A model generated the notes under the pieces. That model was not told the origin of the DNA and ran no database searches. It was given only the letters and a program-made list of their open reading frames with translations. A DNA stretch of 64,000 bases. Source: Arthrobacter sp. Lineage in GTDB: Bacteria; Actinomycetota; Actinomycetes; Actinomycetales; Micrococcaceae. Below, in pieces: positions 10,628 to 20,532 of the stretch. Both the position numbers and the translations under genes were made by a program. The stretch's first letter is position 1. Every line of letters begins with the position of its first letter. Location: positions 1,421 to 65,420 of the forward strand of contig JARIBG010000187.1 in assembly GCA_029257465.1 (NCBI GenBank), in the 5' to 3' direction.

Positions 10628-10956
10628 GTCACTCCTAATTTAGCTACACCAAAGTGATCTAACTATTCATAAAACCATACCAGCAGACTTTCACGTCTCC
10701 CATTGAATCAACACGTGGTGCTGCACTTCCGCTGGAAGTGCTGTTGATGGTATGATTCTGCATTGTTCGCCGCATCCTACCACAGTGTCGCCGCGTTACA
10801 CCACAATGGTTACGAATGTCTTCTTTATTTCATGTCAAGCGCCCCCGTGATAGCTTGAAAAATGGAGTGCCAATGCTCGGTGAGTACATTTCCACCAGTA
10901 CCGTGCTCCTTCTCGTCCAGTGTCATCATCCTGTCTCAACCCGATAGAGGTCCCCT
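10628..10956. promoter_or_regulatory. AT-rich divergent promoter region ureA / EamA gene
   Basis: TGG-TAGGAT extended -10 on minus (~10774-10784); TGG-TATGAT on plus (10748-10756); GCACTTCC-GCT-GGAAGTGC palindrome at 10723-10741. Confidence 0.5.
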
Positions 10957-12033
10957 ATGGCATCGGTGTCTAATAATAACGACGCTCCCGTGAATAAGAT
11001 TAGTTACGGTAAAGCCGTTACCGTTCTTCTCATCGGAACTGCAGCCCTCGCCTTTTCCGGAATTTGGGTCAAGGCTTCCAACTTCGAACCCGCCACTTCC
11101 GTCGTACTTCGCTGTTGGTTGGCCCTCATTTTTCTCCTCCCCTTCATGTTGTGGGAAATACGTAAAAAAGGAGGCCTGGGAAAACGCGGGATTATCTGGT
11201 CCATTGTCGCAGGCCTGATCCTTGGCATCGACTTCACGGCGTGGAACTACTCGATCTTCTACGTCGGCGCGGGCATCGCCTCGGTGTTGTTGAATCTACA
11301 GGTACTCATTCTTCCGCTGCTGGCATTCTTTATCGACAAGGAGCGCATCCCGAGGTCATATTGGTTCGTGCTGCCGGTCATGGCAGTCGGCATTGCGGCG
11401 GTCGGCGGAGTATTCAATACATCCGAGCCGGGCGATGGTCCTGCAGAGGTGTACGGTTTCCCGGTCGCCGTCCTGGGGACGCTCCTTGGGGTGGTATCGG
11501 GCATTGCCTATGGCACCTACCTTTATACGTCCCGTAAGGCCACACGGGTGAGCCCGGGAAAGTACGTTCAACCCATCATGATCGTCTCCGTCTTCCAGGG
11601 TGTAGCGCCTATCATCTTCATGGTGATTCGGGGCGAGGGATTCAACTTCACCCAGGGGATGCTCGTCGATGGTGCTCTACCGCAGCCGGCCGAAGGCGTC
11701 AATGGTGATCCCATCACCCTCCAGAACTGGATCGCAATGATTGCACTTGCTGCCCTGGGGCAGGCTTTGGCGTGGACCTTCGTCCAGATCGGGTCTGTCA
11801 ACATGGACCCGACCCTGTCGGCCGGATTGCTGCTCCTGTCGCCTGTGTCCACCATCTTCATCGCGGCAATTCTCTTCTCCGAGATCCCGACCGCCATCCA
11901 GATAGCAGGCGTTGTTCTGGTTCTGGGCGCGGTTGCCTACCAGAATGGGGTGCACAAGCTCATTCTGGGGAAAAAGCCTGATCCGGAAGCAGCGGAGACG
12001 AAGCAAGCACGCCCCGTCGATGGAGCATCGTAG
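10957..12033 (+). CDS. DMT/EamA-family transporter
   Basis: About 10 hydrophobic segments in two EamA-like halves; 'GAGIASVLLNLQ', 'LLLSPV...LFSE'. Confidence 0.85.
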   Translation: MASVSNNNDAPVNKISYGKAVTVLLIGTAALAFSGIWVKASNFEPATSVVLRCWLALIFLLPFMLWEIRKKGGLGKRGIIWSIVAGLILGIDFTAWNYSIFYVGAGIASVLLNLQVLILPLLAFFIDKERIPRSYWFVLPVMAVGIAAVGGVFNTSEPGDGPAEVYGFPVAVLGTLLGVVSGIAYGTYLYTSRKATRVSPGKYVQPIMIVSVFQGVAPIIFMVIRGEGFNFTQGMLVDGALPQPAEGVNGDPITLQNWIAMIALAALGQALAWTFVQIGSVNMDPTLSAGLLLLSPVSTIFIAAILFSEIPTAIQIAGVVLVLGAVAYQNGVHKLILGKKPDPEAAETKQARPVDGAS

Positions 12034-12116
12034 CCGGAGCCGTATACATCACGTGGCCGACCCCTCGGTCGCAGACGCATGCTGAAGGAGCGGGGTGTCG
12101 GGAGGAGGACGCAGAA

Positions 12117-13202
12117 TCACCCTCTGTGCTTCCGAGCGTTACCCACGAGCATCGCGGCGAGCCAGGTGATGGCGAAGAGCCCGACGACGACGAGGCCGAA
12201 GTTCTCCAGGTCCACGGCGCCGATCCAGGCGAGCGGCCCCGAGCCGACGTCGAGCAGTGCACTCAGGAGACCGCCGAGGACCACGAAGGCCACGATGAAC
12301 GCGATGGCCACCGACACCGAGGTGACGATGTAGTTGTACAGGATCTTGCGGGCGGGCTGCTGGAAGGCCCACCGGTACACGCGGCTCATCAGGAGACCGT
12401 CGAGACTGTCGAACAGGACCATTCCGGCGGCGAAGAGCAGCGGCAGCACCATCACCGCGTACCACGGCAGGGTGATGGCGGCGCCGCCTGCGACGACGAA
12501 CAGGCCGATGGTGGTTGCCGTATCGAAGCCCAGACCGAAGAGCAGGCCCAGCGGGTACATCTTCGACGGTTGGTCGATGCGGCGGGCGAGCGGCCCGACC
12601 AGACGGTTCAGCAGTCCCCGCTTGTCCAGGAGCGCATCGAACTCCGCGCTGTCATAGGTGCCGGCCCTCAACCGCTGGTGCGCCCGACGCACCCCTGCGA
12701 GGGAGACGAGATTGATCATCCCGATCAGGAGCAGGAACAGTCCGGACACCGCGGGCCCCCAGATGCCGGTGAACTGTTTCAGCGCGGAGCCGTCGTCCGT
12801 GAGCTGGCCCGCAAGGACGTTCAGCCCGGCGCTGAGCAGGGCGACGGTGAGAATGACGACGGTCGAGTGGCCGAGCGCGAACCAGAATCCCGTGCTCGCG
12901 GGGCTGCGCCCGCCTGCGGCGAGCTTCCGCGTCGTATTGTCGATGGCTGCGATATGGTCCGCGTCGAAGGCATGACGGACACCCACCAGATAGGCCGTGA
13001 CGGCCAGCCCGACGCCGAAGACGGTCACTCCATCGTCCATCGCGAGCCGCTGCGGCTGGACCACGGCGAAGAAGGTACCCCAGCTCAGCACGTGCAGGGC
13101 GACGATGGTCAGCACGATGCCTGAGACGCGCCAGGACAGGCGCCCTGCAATCACTACTCGTTCCGGCACGGACACCCCTTGCTCACCCGGGACAGTCACC
13201 AT
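12117..13202 (-). CDS. HoxN/NixA (NiCoT) high-affinity nickel permease
   Basis: Signature RHAFDADHIAAID, FALGHSTVV, GLLFGLGFDT; start uncertain. Confidence 0.93.
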   Translation of the reverse strand: MVTVPGEQGVSVPERVVIAGRLSWRVSGIVLTIVALHVLSWGTFFAVVQPQRLAMDDGVTVFGVGLAVTAYLVGVRHAFDADHIAAIDNTTRKLAAGGRSPASTGFWFALGHSTVVILTVALLSAGLNVLAGQLTDDGSALKQFTGIWGPAVSGLFLLLIGMINLVSLAGVRRAHQRLRAGTYDSAEFDALLDKRGLLNRLVGPLARRIDQPSKMYPLGLLFGLGFDTATTIGLFVVAGGAAITLPWYAVMVLPLLFAAGMVLFDSLDGLLMSRVYRWAFQQPARKILYNYIVTSVSVAIAFIVAFVVLGGLLSALLDVGSGPLAWIGAVDLENFGLVVVGLFAITWLAAMLVGNARKHRG

Positions 13203-13278
13203 CGACAGGACCGTGGTGCAGCCCTGACCCTGTTACGTGGTTGGCAGGGAGGCAGGCAGGGCTCCGGCGATCGGGATC

Positions 13279-13611
13279 TCACGTCCGCTTGGCCACCGAC
13301 AGCAGGACCACCGAATCCTCGTCGGCCTCCAGGGAGTGCCGGCGCTCGGGCACGATCAGGAGATCACCGCCCGAACCCTCCCACTCGTCCGATCCCGCGA
13401 CGAGCCGCACACGGCCGCTGAGGACGTGCACCGTGGCGTCTCCGGGGTTCTCGTGTTCGCTCATGACCGAGCCGGCGCGCAGGGCGATCATCGTCTGGCG
13501 CATCACGCGCTCGTGCCCGCCGTACACCGTGCTCGCGCTACGGCCGCTACTGCTCGTGCGCGCTATCCCCAGCTGGTGCCGGGCGAGCGCGGTCAGGGAC
13601 ATCTTCTGCAT
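13279..13611 (-). CDS. Small cupin-domain protein
   Basis: 'EHENPGDATVHVLSG', 'P.RRHSLEA.EDSVVLL'; start MQKMSL with AGGAAGG RBS. Confidence 0.8.
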   Translation of the reverse strand: MQKMSLTALARHQLGIARTSSSGRSASTVYGGHERVMRQTMIALRAGSVMSEHENPGDATVHVLSGRVRLVAGSDEWEGSGGDLLIVPERRHSLEADEDSVVLLSVAKRT

Positions 13612-13673
13612 GGCACGGGCGTCCTTCCTCGCAGGATCACTGATGTCCGACAGTAGCGCACCTGCCACGGGGA

Positions 13674-14252
13674 TCAGCCGCGCAGCGCTGCCACCTCCCC
13701 GAGCCAGCGCAGATACAGCGCCCACGGATCATCGATCCCCGCGGAGAGCCGATCCACATGCTCGGTGAGCTCGGTCGAGGCCTCGAACCACTCCGACCCG
13801 TCCCGGCGCCACTGGGCGAACTGCTCATGACGGCGACGCTCGACGAGCCGGTCGCCGCGCTCGAAGGCCAGGAGTTCGTCATGCCAGATGCGACTCAGGC
13901 GCTGACGCGGATTCGCCGTCGTCCCGATCTTGATGCGGTCCCTGAAGCGGAGGTAGTAGACGACGTCGACGCGCGGGGGTGGGAGACCGTCGTCGAGCAC
14001 GTCGCCGACGCGCCATTCGCAGGCTCCGCACACCCAGCCGGCCGGGTAGTGGATACCGATGCGCGAGCCGCAGGCCCGGCACGGGCTCGGCAGCAGATCA
14101 GCTGTTCCCCACTGTGCGCCGGCCCACTCCGCCACGAGAGCAATGTGCGGAGGGCAGATCCGGAAAGGTCCTTCCCCTGCCGGGTCACCGCACGGCGTCC
14201 CGCCGTCGTCGGGCACCACGCACGCGGGAGCGGAGGACGACGATTCGAACAC
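13674..14252 (-). CDS. GIY-YIG/T5orf172-type nuclease-domain protein with N-terminal Cys-rich Zn-finger region
   Basis: 'VVYY..IKIGTT.NPRQRL', 'E..RH.QF', 'EWF'; CxxC pairs CRAC/CGAC; likely GTG start 14252. Confidence 0.78.
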   Translation of the reverse strand: MFESSSSAPACVVPDDGGTPCGDPAGEGPFRICPPHIALVAEWAGAQWGTADLLPSPCRACGSRIGIHYPAGWVCGACEWRVGDVLDDGLPPPRVDVVYYLRFRDRIKIGTTANPRQRLSRIWHDELLAFERGDRLVERRRHEQFAQWRRDGSEWFEASTELTEHVDRLSAGIDDPWALYLRWLGEVAALRG

Positions 14253-14260
14253 GCCTTCGA
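14245..14260. promoter_or_regulatory. LexA (SOS) box overlapping the GIY-YIG gene start
   Basis: TCGAAC-ACGC-CTTCGA vs actinobacterial consensus TCGAAC-N4-GTTCGA (1 mismatch). Confidence 0.65.
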
Positions 14261-14326
14261 TCCTCGCGCCCCGTGCGCGCGAGCGCAAGCCTGCGGATGC
14301 TCCCTCCAAGCTGGCAGAATAAGCCG

Positions 14327-15565
14327 GTGACCTTTCCCGAGCGAGCCGTGGAGATCGACCTCGCTGCCCTACGCCACAACATCAGGCATCTGCGTGATGT
14401 CGCGGCCCCCGCGCGTGTCATGGCGGTGGTCAAGGCCGACGCGTACGGCCACGGGGCCATCCCGGTGGCCCGTGCCGCGCTCGAGGCAGGCGCCGCGTGG
14501 CTCGGTGTGGCCCACATCAGCGAGGGCGTCGCACTGCGCAGGGCCGGTATCGAAGCGCCCATCCTCGCCTGGCTCCACACATCGCACTCCGACTTCGTCG
14601 CGGGGGTGGAGCACGGCCTGGATCTGGGCATCTCCGGCTGGGAGCTCGATCACGTGGTGGCCGCTGCGCGCGAGCTCGAACGTCCCGCGATCGTGCACCT
14701 GAAGATCGATACCGGGTTGGGCCGCAACGGCTGCCCGGCACAGGAGTGGGACGAACTGCTCGGTCGGGCCGTGGGTTACCAGGACGAGGGTGTGCTCCGC
14801 GTCGTCGGGATCTTCTCGCACCTCGCCACCGCCGACGAACCCGCGCGACCCGAGACGGACCGGCAGGTCGAGCTGTTCCGTGAGGCCGTCACGGCCGCCG
14901 AGAATGCTGGGATCGACGTCGAGATCCGCCATCTGGCCAATACGCCCGCCACCTTCTCCCGCCCCGACTGCCACTTCGACCTGGTACGCGTGGGTCTGGG
15001 CATCTACGGTTTGTCGCCGTTCGCCGATCAGGGCTCCGCCGAGCTCGGCCTGCGACCCGTGATGACCTTCAGCGCCACCGTCTCCACGTGCAAGGAAGTT
15101 CCTGGCGGACAGGGTGTCTCCTACGGGCACGCCTACCGGACGCATGAAGCGACCACTCTCGGGCTCATCCCGGTCGGGTACGGCGACGGCGTACCCCGCA
15201 TCGCGACCGGCGCGCCCGTCCTCGTGGGGGAGAGGATCTACCCGGTGGTGGGGCGGATCGCCATGGACCAGCTCGTCATCGACTTCGGCGCCACAGGCCT
15301 GGTCGATTCGCCCGAGAGTCCGCTGGGCAAGCGGGCGGTGCTGTTCGGTGGAGGGCAGGCTCCCGCCGTGGAGGACTGGGCAGCCGCCGCACAGACGATC
15401 AACTACGAGATCGTCACGCGGATCAGCGACCGCGTGGAGCGCGTCCATCTCCACGTCGACGACGCTGGGGACGCGGGGGACGCGGGGGACGCCGGAAGTA
15501 ACGGCGCCCCTTCAGGGGCCAGCGCAGCGGACGACGCCGGAGTGGACGATGACGCGCGCGCCTGA
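14327..15565 (+). CDS. alr: Alanine racemase
   Basis: PLP Lys motif AVVKADAYGHG, HLKIDTG, GYGDG, GRIAMDQ, TINYE; GTG start 6 nt after CAGAAT. Confidence 0.97.
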   Translation: MTFPERAVEIDLAALRHNIRHLRDVAAPARVMAVVKADAYGHGAIPVARAALEAGAAWLGVAHISEGVALRRAGIEAPILAWLHTSHSDFVAGVEHGLDLGISGWELDHVVAAARELERPAIVHLKIDTGLGRNGCPAQEWDELLGRAVGYQDEGVLRVVGIFSHLATADEPARPETDRQVELFREAVTAAENAGIDVEIRHLANTPATFSRPDCHFDLVRVGLGIYGLSPFADQGSAELGLRPVMTFSATVSTCKEVPGGQGVSYGHAYRTHEATTLGLIPVGYGDGVPRIATGAPVLVGERIYPVVGRIAMDQLVIDFGATGLVDSPESPLGKRAVLFGGGQAPAVEDWAAAAQTINYEIVTRISDRVERVHLHVDDAGDAGDAGDAGSNGAPSGASAADDAGVDDDARA

Positions 15566-16109
15566 GTGGTCCCAGGTATACCGGATCGGCTCGGCCGCCG
15601 AGCTGCAGGCCTTCGCCGCTCGCCTGGCACCGGAGCTCCGGCCCGGCGATCTCGTGGTCCTCGCCGGGGAACTCGGCGCCGGCAAGACCACCTTCACGCA
15701 GGGTCTGGGACTCGGTCTCGGGGTGGTGGACCGCATCATCTCGCCCACCTTCGTCCTCGTCCGCCAGCATTCCGCCATCGGTAGAGGACCAGGGCTCATC
15801 CACGTGGACGCGTATCGTCTCGAGAGCGCTGCGGCCGTCGACGATCTCGATCTCGAGGCGACCATGCCGGGTAATGTGACGGTGGTCGAGTGGGGCACCG
15901 ACCGCGTGGAGCACCTCAGCCGCAGCAGGCTGCACATCGACATCGCCCGCCCGCGGGGAACCGATGGGACAGCGCCCGCCGGAGCCGCGGCTGCCGGGAA
16001 GCCGGTCACCGCATTCGACGACGACGGCGAGGACGAAGTGCGCAGCATCACCCTCGCAGGCTTCGGAGAACGGTGGCGCGGAGGGCCTCCGGCACTGTCG
16101 CTCGACTAG
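15549..16109 (+). CDS. tsaE: tRNA t6A biosynthesis ATPase TsaE
   Basis: GELGAGKT, SPTF, HVDAYRL, VVEW. Confidence 0.95.
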   Translation: MTRAPEWSQVYRIGSAAELQAFAARLAPELRPGDLVVLAGELGAGKTTFTQGLGLGLGVVDRIISPTFVLVRQHSAIGRGPGLIHVDAYRLESAAAVDDLDLEATMPGNVTVVEWGTDRVEHLSRSRLHIDIARPRGTDGTAPAGAAAAGKPVTAFDDDGEDEVRSITLAGFGERWRGGPPALSLD

Positions 16110-16118
16110 AATTACCGG

Positions 16119-16799
16119 GTGCTCCTCCTCGCCCTCGACACCTCCGCCGCGGCCACCGTGGCGCTCCTGAGCGACGACGTCGTCGTCGGCCGGTTCGCCA
16201 GTGCCGACACGCGCTCGCACGCCGAGGTCCTCGCACCCGCCGTCCGGGGGGTCCTCGCCGACGCCGGGGTGGCGGGCACCGACCTCGACGCGATCATCGC
16301 AGGGGTGGGACCCGGCCCCTTCACGGGTCTGCGCGCCGGACTGGTGAGCGCGCGGACGCTCGGCTTCGCCTGGGGCGTGGCCCTGCACGGCGTGATGAGC
16401 CTGGATGCACTGGCCTTCGAAGCGGCGCTCAGCGGCGCCGTCGACCCTGCCGCGGAGTTCCTCGTGGGAACGGACGCACGGCGCGGCGAGATCTACTGGG
16501 CCGCGTATCGTGCGCCTGCTCATGGTGCGGTGCTGCCGGAGCTCCTGCAGGGTCCGCAGGTAGGCCCGGCGGCGGGAGTTCCAAAGGGCCTGCCGGTCAT
16601 CGGGCGTGCGGTGAGTCTGTATCCGGACGACCTCGCCGGTGTGCCGGGATTCACGACGTCGGACCCCGATGCCGCGTCCCTGGGGCGCGTCGCCCACGCC
16701 CGGCTCCTCGCAGGCCAGGCGCTGCTGGACACGTCGCCGCTGTATCTGCGGGACTCCGACGCACAGGTGCCCGGGCCGCGGAAACGAGCGACGGCGTGA
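16119..16799 (+). CDS. tsaB: tRNA t6A biosynthesis protein TsaB
   Basis: [26 protein letters not shown]. Confidence 0.95.
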   Translation: MLLLALDTSAAATVALLSDDVVVGRFASADTRSHAEVLAPAVRGVLADAGVAGTDLDAIIAGVGPGPFTGLRAGLVSARTLGFAWGVALHGVMSLDALAFEAALSGAVDPAAEFLVGTDARRGEIYWAAYRAPAHGAVLPELLQGPQVGPAAGVPKGLPVIGRAVSLYPDDLAGVPGFTTSDPDAASLGRVAHARLLAGQALLDTSPLYLRDSDAQVPGPRKRATA

Positions 16800-17260
16800 G
16801 CTTCGTCCTGCGGGACCTCGCGTACGAGGAGATCGAGACCATCGGGTCGCTGGAGAACAAGCTGTTCCCCACCGACGCCTGGCCGTTGGAGCTGTTCTAC
16901 TCGGAGTTCTTCCAGCCGGACACGCGGCGCTACATCGTGGTGGAGGTGGACGGCCGGATCGTAGGCTACGCCGGTCTCATGGTCATCGACACGACGGCGG
17001 ACATCCAGACCATCGGTGTGCTGCCGCACTTCGAGGGGCAGGGGATGGGCCGCGCCATGCTCACCGAGCTGATCGAGGAGGCGCGCCGCAGGGGAGCGGA
17101 CACCGTGATGCTCGAGGTGCGCGCGGACAATCCCCGCGCGCAGGACCTCTACGCGCGCTACGGCTTCGAAAAGATCCACACGCGGAGGAAGTACTACCGC
17201 GACGGCGTCGACGCATGGGTCATGCAACGCGTGCTGACAGAGTCGGGAGAGAGACCGTGA
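16796..17260 (+). CDS. rimI: Ribosomal-protein-alanine N-acetyltransferase RimI
   Basis: GNAT motif GQGMG, LEVRADN, YY.DGVDA; GTGA overlaps with tsaB and tsaD. Confidence 0.92.
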   Translation: MSFVLRDLAYEEIETIGSLENKLFPTDAWPLELFYSEFFQPDTRRYIVVEVDGRIVGYAGLMVIDTTADIQTIGVLPHFEGQGMGRAMLTELIEEARRRGADTVMLEVRADNPRAQDLYARYGFEKIHTRRKYYRDGVDAWVMQRVLTESGERP

Positions 17261-18342
17261 CCACTGTAGAACCACTGATCCTGGGCATCGAGTCCTCCTG
17301 CGACGAGACCGGCATCGGCATCGTGCGGGGGACGCAGCTCCTCACCAACACGGTGTCCTCGTCCATGGACGAACACGTGCGCTTCGGCGGCGTCATCCCC
17401 GAGATAGCCTCGCGCGCACATCTCGAGGCCTTCGTGCCCACGCTGCGGGCCGCTCTCGCCGACGCCGATGTCTCGCTCGAGGACGTCGACGCCATCGCCG
17501 TCACGGCCGGTCCCGGACTCTCGGGTGCACTCATGGTGGGCGTGTCCGCGGCGAAGGCGCTCGCCGTCGCGACCGACAAGCCCCTGTACGCGATCAATCA
17601 CCTCGTGGCGCACGTGGGCGTAGGGCTGATCGGGCGGCCGGTCGACCACGGTCTTCCTCCTGCCCTCGGCGCACTGCTCGTCTCCGGCGGGCACACCGAG
17701 ATCCTGCGCGTGAAAGACATCGCCGGCGACGTCGAACTGCTCGGCTCCACCATTGACGACGCCGCAGGTGAGGCCTACGACAAGACGGCGCGCATCCTCG
17801 GCCTCGGATATCCGGGCGGCCCGGCGATCGACCGCCTCGCGGCCGAGGGCGATCCGAAGGCCATCCGCTTCCCCCGCGGACTCTCGCAGCCGAAGTACAT
17901 GGGAACCGCGGAGGAACCGGGTCCGCACCGCTACGACTGGTCCTTCAGCGGACTCAAGACGGCGGTGGCCCGCTCCGTGGAGCAGTACGAGGCGGCGGGG
18001 CTCGAGGTGCCGGTGGCCGACATCGCCGCATCGTTCCAGGAAGCGGTGGTCGACGTCATCACGGCCAAGGCCGTCCTCGCCTGCCGGGAGCACGGCATCA
18101 CCGAGCTGCTGCTCGGCGGCGGAGTGGCAGCGAACCGGCGACTGCGCGAACTGACGCAGGAACGATGCGCGGCGGCGGGCATCACGCTGACCGTGCCGCC
18201 GATTCCGCTGTGCACCGACAACGGTGCGATGGTCGCAGCGCTCGGTGCGCAGCTCGTGATGAGTGGGCGCAGCCCGAGCGGGATCGCCTTCGGCACGGAC
18301 CCGTCCCTGCCGGTCACGCGTGTTGTCCTGCCCGCGGCCTGA
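17257..18342 (+). CDS. tsaD: tRNA threonylcarbamoyltransferase TsaD
   Basis: [40 protein letters not shown]. Confidence 0.98.
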   Translation: MTTVEPLILGIESSCDETGIGIVRGTQLLTNTVSSSMDEHVRFGGVIPEIASRAHLEAFVPTLRAALADADVSLEDVDAIAVTAGPGLSGALMVGVSAAKALAVATDKPLYAINHLVAHVGVGLIGRPVDHGLPPALGALLVSGGHTEILRVKDIAGDVELLGSTIDDAAGEAYDKTARILGLGYPGGPAIDRLAAEGDPKAIRFPRGLSQPKYMGTAEEPGPHRYDWSFSGLKTAVARSVEQYEAAGLEVPVADIAASFQEAVVDVITAKAVLACREHGITELLLGGGVAANRRLRELTQERCAAAGITLTVPPIPLCTDNGAMVAALGAQLVMSGRSPSGIAFGTDPSLPVTRVVLPAA

Positions 18343-18419
18343 GACCCGTCACGCGCACCTGCCGGCACCGCGCGATTCCTGTGGTCGAACAAGATGTCAG
18401 CGTCCTTGAGGCCGCGAAC

Positions 18420-19316
18420 TCACAGTTCCCGGATCGACACCAGCTCGTATTCGATGGCCGAGCTCATCTGCGCACCGCGGCACGTGAGCTGATGCGGCGG
18501 TGTTCGGCGAGCGTGCACCTCCACCTCGATGTCGCCCAGCCGAGCTCGCCGTCGCGTCAACCGGACGCGCCAGGTATCGCCGTCCCGGACGGTCCCGGCG
18601 ACGACATAGTCATCGCGGCCGCCCGGACCGAAGTGCTTGAGCGCACCGACTATGGCCGCCTGATGCGGTGAGAAAAGATCCGTGTAGCCGCGCAGGTGGT
18701 CGCCGTCGATACGGTCGGCGAAATGGTTCTCCACCACTCTGACGGCGGATTCCTCGTCGAGGTTCCCGTAGTAGACGCCGTCGGGCGCCACCACGACGTT
18801 GGCGGCGAATCTGTCGCCTCCGACGTGCGCACACTCCCACACCAGCTCCGGCCAGCGCTCGCCGAGGGCACGCCCTACCGGCCGGCCGCGTACTGCGCAG
18901 CACTTGTCGTGCTGACCGTGCGTGCAAACCAGGATGACGGGCGGATGCCCGAGCTCTCCCGGCACCTCCAGCGCCGCGGCAATCGCACCCAGGTCCTCGT
19001 CGCGGTCCCACGTGCCCCACTGCTGGCGGTAGCCGCCGGCACTGCCGAATCGCAGAACCGCCCAGCGGCCCGATCCTCCGGCCGTTCGTCGACCAGGACG
19101 CCTCACCAGCAGAATCCGAGCACGCTGGGCCTGCGCCGCCGAGAAGACAAGCGCTTTCGTCGCCGGATCCAGGTCGAGGCCGTCGAAACCGTTGATGGGC
19201 CATCCACCCCGGTACTCGATCAGGACCCAGACGAAACCGCGCGGTGCGGTGCCCGCCATCGGGTCGTCACGCTCGCGGGCAGCGTTCGAGCAGAAGAAGC
19301 GGACCGAGTCAGGCAC
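18420..19316 (-). CDS. Sucrase/ferredoxin-like (thioredoxin-like [2Fe-2S]) protein
   Basis: 'LVCTHGQHDKCCA..G', 'WECAHVGGDRFAAN', 'PDGVYYG'; N-terminal CS...GTA. Confidence 0.85.
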   Translation of the reverse strand: MPDSVRFFCSNAARERDDPMAGTAPRGFVWVLIEYRGGWPINGFDGLDLDPATKALVFSAAQAQRARILLVRRPGRRTAGGSGRWAVLRFGSAGGYRQQWGTWDRDEDLGAIAAALEVPGELGHPPVILVCTHGQHDKCCAVRGRPVGRALGERWPELVWECAHVGGDRFAANVVVAPDGVYYGNLDEESAVRVVENHFADRIDGDHLRGYTDLFSPHQAAIVGALKHFGPGGRDDYVVAGTVRDGDTWRVRLTRRRARLGDIEVEVHARRTPPHQLTCRGAQMSSAIEYELVSIREL

Positions 19317-19326
19317 TTCCGCGACA

Positions 19327-20532
19327 TCACTGGTCAGCGGGAATCAACACCCCTGCGCGCATGAGCCTTTCCACGAGTTCGACGCCGAGATCGCCTGCTG
19401 TACGGGCCTCGCCGTCGAGCAGTCGGCTCACCGATGGTAGTGCAGCCTCATCGAAGTCCAGCCAGCCCACACGGGTGGTCAGCCGTGAGCCCTCCAGTCG
19501 TGCCTCCAGTGACTCACGGAGCCGCACGGAGGTTCCCGGCTCCAGGTTCCTGACGGCACGGAGCTGCTCCAGTGGACCCAGCGGTGCCGGCCGGGCCTGA
19601 CTGCGCCGGGTCCGGTGGAACAGGGGCGCGGAATCCGCCGTCGATACGGCTGCGCCCAGCCGCTCGCGGATCAGGTCCAGTTCATCAGCAGGTCCATCCA
19701 CACCGAGTGGCAGGGTGGCCCGCATCTCGGGGTCGTCGCGGAGCGCTGCGAGCGCGGACTGCGCAAGCTGCTCTGCCAGGGCGTACCGGGTCCAGTTGTG
19801 GATTCCGAGGGTGAGGTGGATCGACACCTCGCCCTGGGCCTGGGCCGCGTGCAGCCATCCACGAGGCAGGTACAGGGCATCGCCGGGTTCGAGGACAGTG
19901 TCGATGTAGGCCTCACCCTTGGCGGCCTCGGCCACCATGGAGCGGCGATCCGTCCATGGCTGATCCCGCAGCGGATCGGCGTGCACGGGCTCGTGGATGA
20001 TCCAGCGCTTCGTGCCCTCGATCTGCAGCACGAAGACGTCGTGGACGTCGTAGTGGTCATCGAAGCCGCGGTTCTGCGGCGGCGTGATGTACGCATTCGC
20101 CTGGATCGGGTGACCGAGTTCGCCGCTCAGCCGCGCGCTGAAGTCTGCAATCGGCTCCCAGGTGCGGTGCAGGGCCTGAAGCACCAGGGTGGCTCCGTCG
20201 GCGAATGTGCGCCAGAGCGCCGTGTCGTCGAGCTGGTCGGAAATGGTTGCGCCGATTCCCGCAGCCGACGTGAAGGCCGAGTCCGGAAGGGTGCTGCCGT
20301 CCTTGGCGACGCGAAGGAACGGCGCACGTAATCCCCGCCGTGAGATGAGCTCGTCGACGGCGTCGGCGGAGAGTAGGTCCGAGAAGTCGCTGGCCGAACG
20401 CGTCAGCAGGGCTGCGCGACCCCAGACGTCCCCGGCGAACTTTTTGCGGTCGATATCGATGAGGCGAGCCTCCAGGACGCCGGCACCCGTTGAGGTGTCG
20501 GCGTCCCGGAGCTCTGTACGAGCAGTGTTCAA
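19327..20532 (-). CDS. JmjC/Cupin_4 (RoxA/YcfD/NO66-like) 2OG-Fe(II) oxygenase
   Basis: 'NAYITP..GFDDHYD.HDVFVLQIEG.KRW', 'LEPGD.LYLPRGWLH' (HxD...H triad); C-terminal winged-helix-like tail; TTG start overlaps upstream TGA. Confidence 0.9.
   Translation of the reverse strand: MNTARTELRDADTSTGAGVLEARLIDIDRKKFAGDVWGRAALLTRSASDFSDLLSADAVDELISRRGLRAPFLRVAKDGSTLPDSAFTSAAGIGATISDQLDDTALWRTFADGATLVLQALHRTWEPIADFSARLSGELGHPIQANAYITPPQNRGFDDHYDVHDVFVLQIEGTKRWIIHEPVHADPLRDQPWTDRRSMVAEAAKGEAYIDTVLEPGDALYLPRGWLHAAQAQGEVSIHLTLGIHNWTRYALAEQLAQSALAALRDDPEMRATLPLGVDGPADELDLIRERLGAAVSTADSAPLFHRTRRSQARPAPLGPLEQLRAVRNLEPGTSVRLRESLEARLEGSRLTTRVGWLDFDEAALPSVSRLLDGEARTAGDLGVELVERLMRAGVLIPADQ

Noticed and set aside
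10785-10813. GlnR box (GTTAC pair) in the urease promoter
   Set aside because: The two GTTAC motifs are 14 bp apart, not the 11-bp a/b-site spacing.
15461-15495. 9-bp tandem repeat (DAG x3) in the alr C-terminal tail
   Set aside because: Simple slippage in a disordered tail; no link to the DGGA peptide.
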